From an uncultured bacterium (GTDB taxonomy: Bacteria; Oederibacteriota; Muellerivitia; Muellerivitales; Muellerivitaceae), in the NCBI GenBank assembly GCA_964392085.1, contig CAYMOV010000005.1, positions 5,343-69,342 on the forward strand: DNA of 64,000 nucleotides. The letters are read 5' to 3'. Shown here piece after piece: positions 62,479-64,000 of the stretch. The position numbers were made by a program, and so were the translations under genes. The notes beneath the pieces are model-generated. The model ran no database searches. It saw nothing but the letters and a program-made list of their open reading frames with translations, and was not told the DNA's origin. Every line of letters starts with the position of its first letter. Position 1 is the stretch's first letter.

Positions 62479-64000
62479 GGTGGGGCCTTGGGGCCGGCAA
62501 CCGCGTCCGCCTGGACCGCGGGTCCTGTTTTTGACCCCGGTTCGGCCGTTGGTTTCGGGTCAACCTTCGTTTCAGGCTTCGGTCCCGGCTCGGTGGAGGG
62601 CGGGGGTTCCTTCGGTGCGTCGGGTTTGGGGTCGGCTTTCTCCCCCGGCTTGGTTACAGGTTTCGCCCCTTCTTTCGTTTCCGGCTTCGGTCCCGTCTCG
62701 GCGCCGGGCGGGGGTTCCTTGGGGGCGTCGGGCTTGGGGTCGGCCTTCTCCCCCGGCTTGGTATCCGGTTTGGAACTGAAGCCCGCCAGCGCTCCCCGGG
62801 CGGTTTGGAGGATTTTCTCACGGTCCTCCCCGCCCAATTCCGGGGCGGTCAACAGCCTTCCGCGAAGTCCCTCCTCCATCTTCTCCGCCGCTTCACGCAA
62901 GGCCTTCTCCGCGTCCTTCATCTTGTCCATCGGCACCGCGTCGAAGAGGTCCGCGGAAAGGGCCAACAGGACCGCGATCTGCGCGGCCACCGTGACCGGG
63001 GAGGCCTCGGGTTGTTTGAGGCAGGCTCGGATCCGCCGCCCGTGTTCCAGCGTCTTTCGCGTGGCCTCATCCAGGCGGGCCCCGAACCGGGAGAAGGCCT
63101 CCAATTCCTCGAATTGCGCGAAGGCGAGCTTGAGGTTCCCCGCCACCGCTCGGTAGGCCGCGTGTTGGGCCTTGCCGCCGACGCGCGAAACAGACTTCGC
63201 GACGTCGACCGCCGGCAGCACGCCCGACTCGAAAAGGGTCGGTGAAAGGTAGATCTGCCCGTCGGTGATGGAGATCAGGTTCGTCGGGATATAGGCGGAG
63301 ATGTCTTGGGCCTCAGTCTCGATGATGGGCAAGGCGGTGAGGGAGCCCCCACCCAGTTCACCCCGGAGGTGGGTGGCCCGTTCGAGAAGGCGCGAGTGGA
63401 TGTAGAAGATGTCCCCCGGAAAAGCCTCCCGGCCCGGCGGTCGGCGCAGCAGCAGGGACAACTCACGGTAGGCCCGCGCGTGGTGGGTCAGGTCGTCGTA
63501 AACGATCAATACATCGCGCCCCGCCTCCATGAAGGCCTCCGCGACGCTGGTCGCGGCGTAAGGGGCGATGTAGGCGAGGCCCGGCGGGTCATTGCCCGCG
63601 GCCACGATGACGACGGTATAGCGCAGGGCGTCCTTTTCCCGAAGGGTCGCGATGGCCTTCGCGACGGCGGACGCGCGCTGGCCGATGGCGCAATACACGC
63701 AGAGGACCCCCTGTTCCCCTTGGTTGATGATGGCGTCGATGGCCAGGGTGGTCTTGCCTGTCTGGCGGTCGCCGAGGATCAGTTCGCGTTGGCCCCGCCC
63801 CACGGGAATGAGCGCGTCGATGACCTTCCAACCCGTTTGGAGGGGAACCTGGACGGGCGCGCGGTCCATGATGGGCGGGGCGGGACGCTCAATCGGAAGG
63901 CGCCGCCCAGCGGCCGGCGCCTCCCCGCCATCGAGGGGGCGGCCGAGCGGGTCGATCACGCGCCCCAGCAACCCCTTTCCGACCGCCACGTCCATGACCC
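62475..64000 (-). CDS. atpA: F1F0 ATP synthase alpha subunit (5-prime partial, runs off window) with ~110-aa Pro/Lys-rich C-terminal extension
   Basis: GDRQTGKT (P-loop) and the alpha-subunit body are present. After the canonical C-terminus the protein continues [35 protein letters not shown]..., which is repeated twice. Confidence 0.9.
   Translation of the reverse strand, partial: VMDVAVGKGLLGRVIDPLGRPLDGGEAPAAGRRLPIERPAPPIMDRAPVQVPLQTGWKVIDALIPVGRGQRELILGDRQTGKTTLAIDAIINQGEQGVLCVYCAIGQRASAVAKAIATLREKDALRYTVVIVAAGNDPPGLAYIAPYAATSVAEAFMEAGRDVLIVYDDLTHHARAYRELSLLLRRPPGREAFPGDIFYIHSRLLERATHLRGELGGGSLTALPIIETEAQDISAYIPTNLISITDGQIYLSPTLFESGVLPAVDVAKSVSRVGGKAQHAAYRAVAGNLKLAFAQFEELEAFSRFGARLDEATRKTLEHGRRIRACLKQPEASPVTVAAQIAVLLALSADLFDAVPMDKMKDAEKALREAAEKMEEGLRGRLLTAPELGGEDREKILQTARGALAGFSSKPDTKPGEKADPKPDAPKEPPPGAETGPKPETKEGAKPVTKPGEKADPKPDAPKEPPPSTEPGPKPETKVDPKPTAEPGSKTGPAVQADAVAGPKAPP
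62490..62790. repeat. tandem ~108-bp repeat encoding the atpA PK-rich tail
   Basis: Two near-identical copies of ggtttc.ggcttcggtcccg.ctcgg.g..gggcgggggttcctt.g.gcgtcgggtttggggtcggc.ttctcccccggcttggt. Confidence 0.55.

Noticed and set aside
1-64000. CRISPR arrays, rRNA, tRNA, integrases or transposases
   Set aside because: No regularly spaced direct repeats of 28-37 bp were found. There are no rRNA or tRNA signatures, and no proteins with recombinase or transposase motifs in any frame.

Overview
The window is high-GC (roughly two-thirds G+C by eye), bacterial, and densely coding on both strands. Because of the GC content, most long ORFs in the six-frame track are antisense or alternate-frame artefacts. 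I called genes from protein-level motifs plus start-codon and RBS context. Gene content indicates a didermic (outer-membrane) bacterium: a TamB/Omp85 pair, outer-membrane beta-barrels and lipobox lipoproteins. Several secreted proteins carry Pro/Thr-rich linkers and a C-terminal beta-sandwich sorting domain of the T9SS/Por type (xPNPxxxxxxL). Together with a DUF3276 (Pur-alpha-like) protein this hints at an FCB-superphylum-related or Gemmatimonadota-like high-GC lineage; that is inference only.

Recognisable housekeeping and metabolic genes include: an ABC-F ATPase; an assimilatory sulfite/nitrite reductase hemoprotein; a DEAD-box RNA helicase with a long RG/Q-rich tail; a GH2 glycosidase; an aldo-keto reductase; a zinc alcohol dehydrogenase; NmrA; two AI-2E transporters; marR-phzF; an aminotransferase; Dps; Fe/Mn-SOD; Crp/Fnr; pirin; an Na+/H+ antiporter; a ClC channel; and atpG plus a partial atpA.

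Accessory content includes a RelE/ParE-RHH toxin-antitoxin pair, a metzincin protease gene broken by frameshifts at homopolymers, a Trp/Tyr-rich secreted protein, and a 1002-aa PQQ beta-propeller protein with triplicated PT-rich repeats.

The most striking region is 44.8-50.3 kb. It holds a tandem array of five paralogous DUF3494 (ice-binding-like) lipoprotein genes, each separately terminated. Three of them are preceded by near-consensus sigma-54 (-24 GGCACG / -12 TTGC) promoter elements.

Other signals not explained by the genes: a small intergenic inverted-repeat element family (CCACAG...CTGTGG termini, three copies, two of them flanking nmrA); a 22-nt motif shared by two unrelated intergenic regions; a MarR-type operator palindrome; and a low-GC 0.5-kb gap downstream of atpG where atpD would be expected. 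No rRNA, tRNA or CRISPR array was found.

Coordinates of motifs derived by manual indexing may be off by 1-2 nt.
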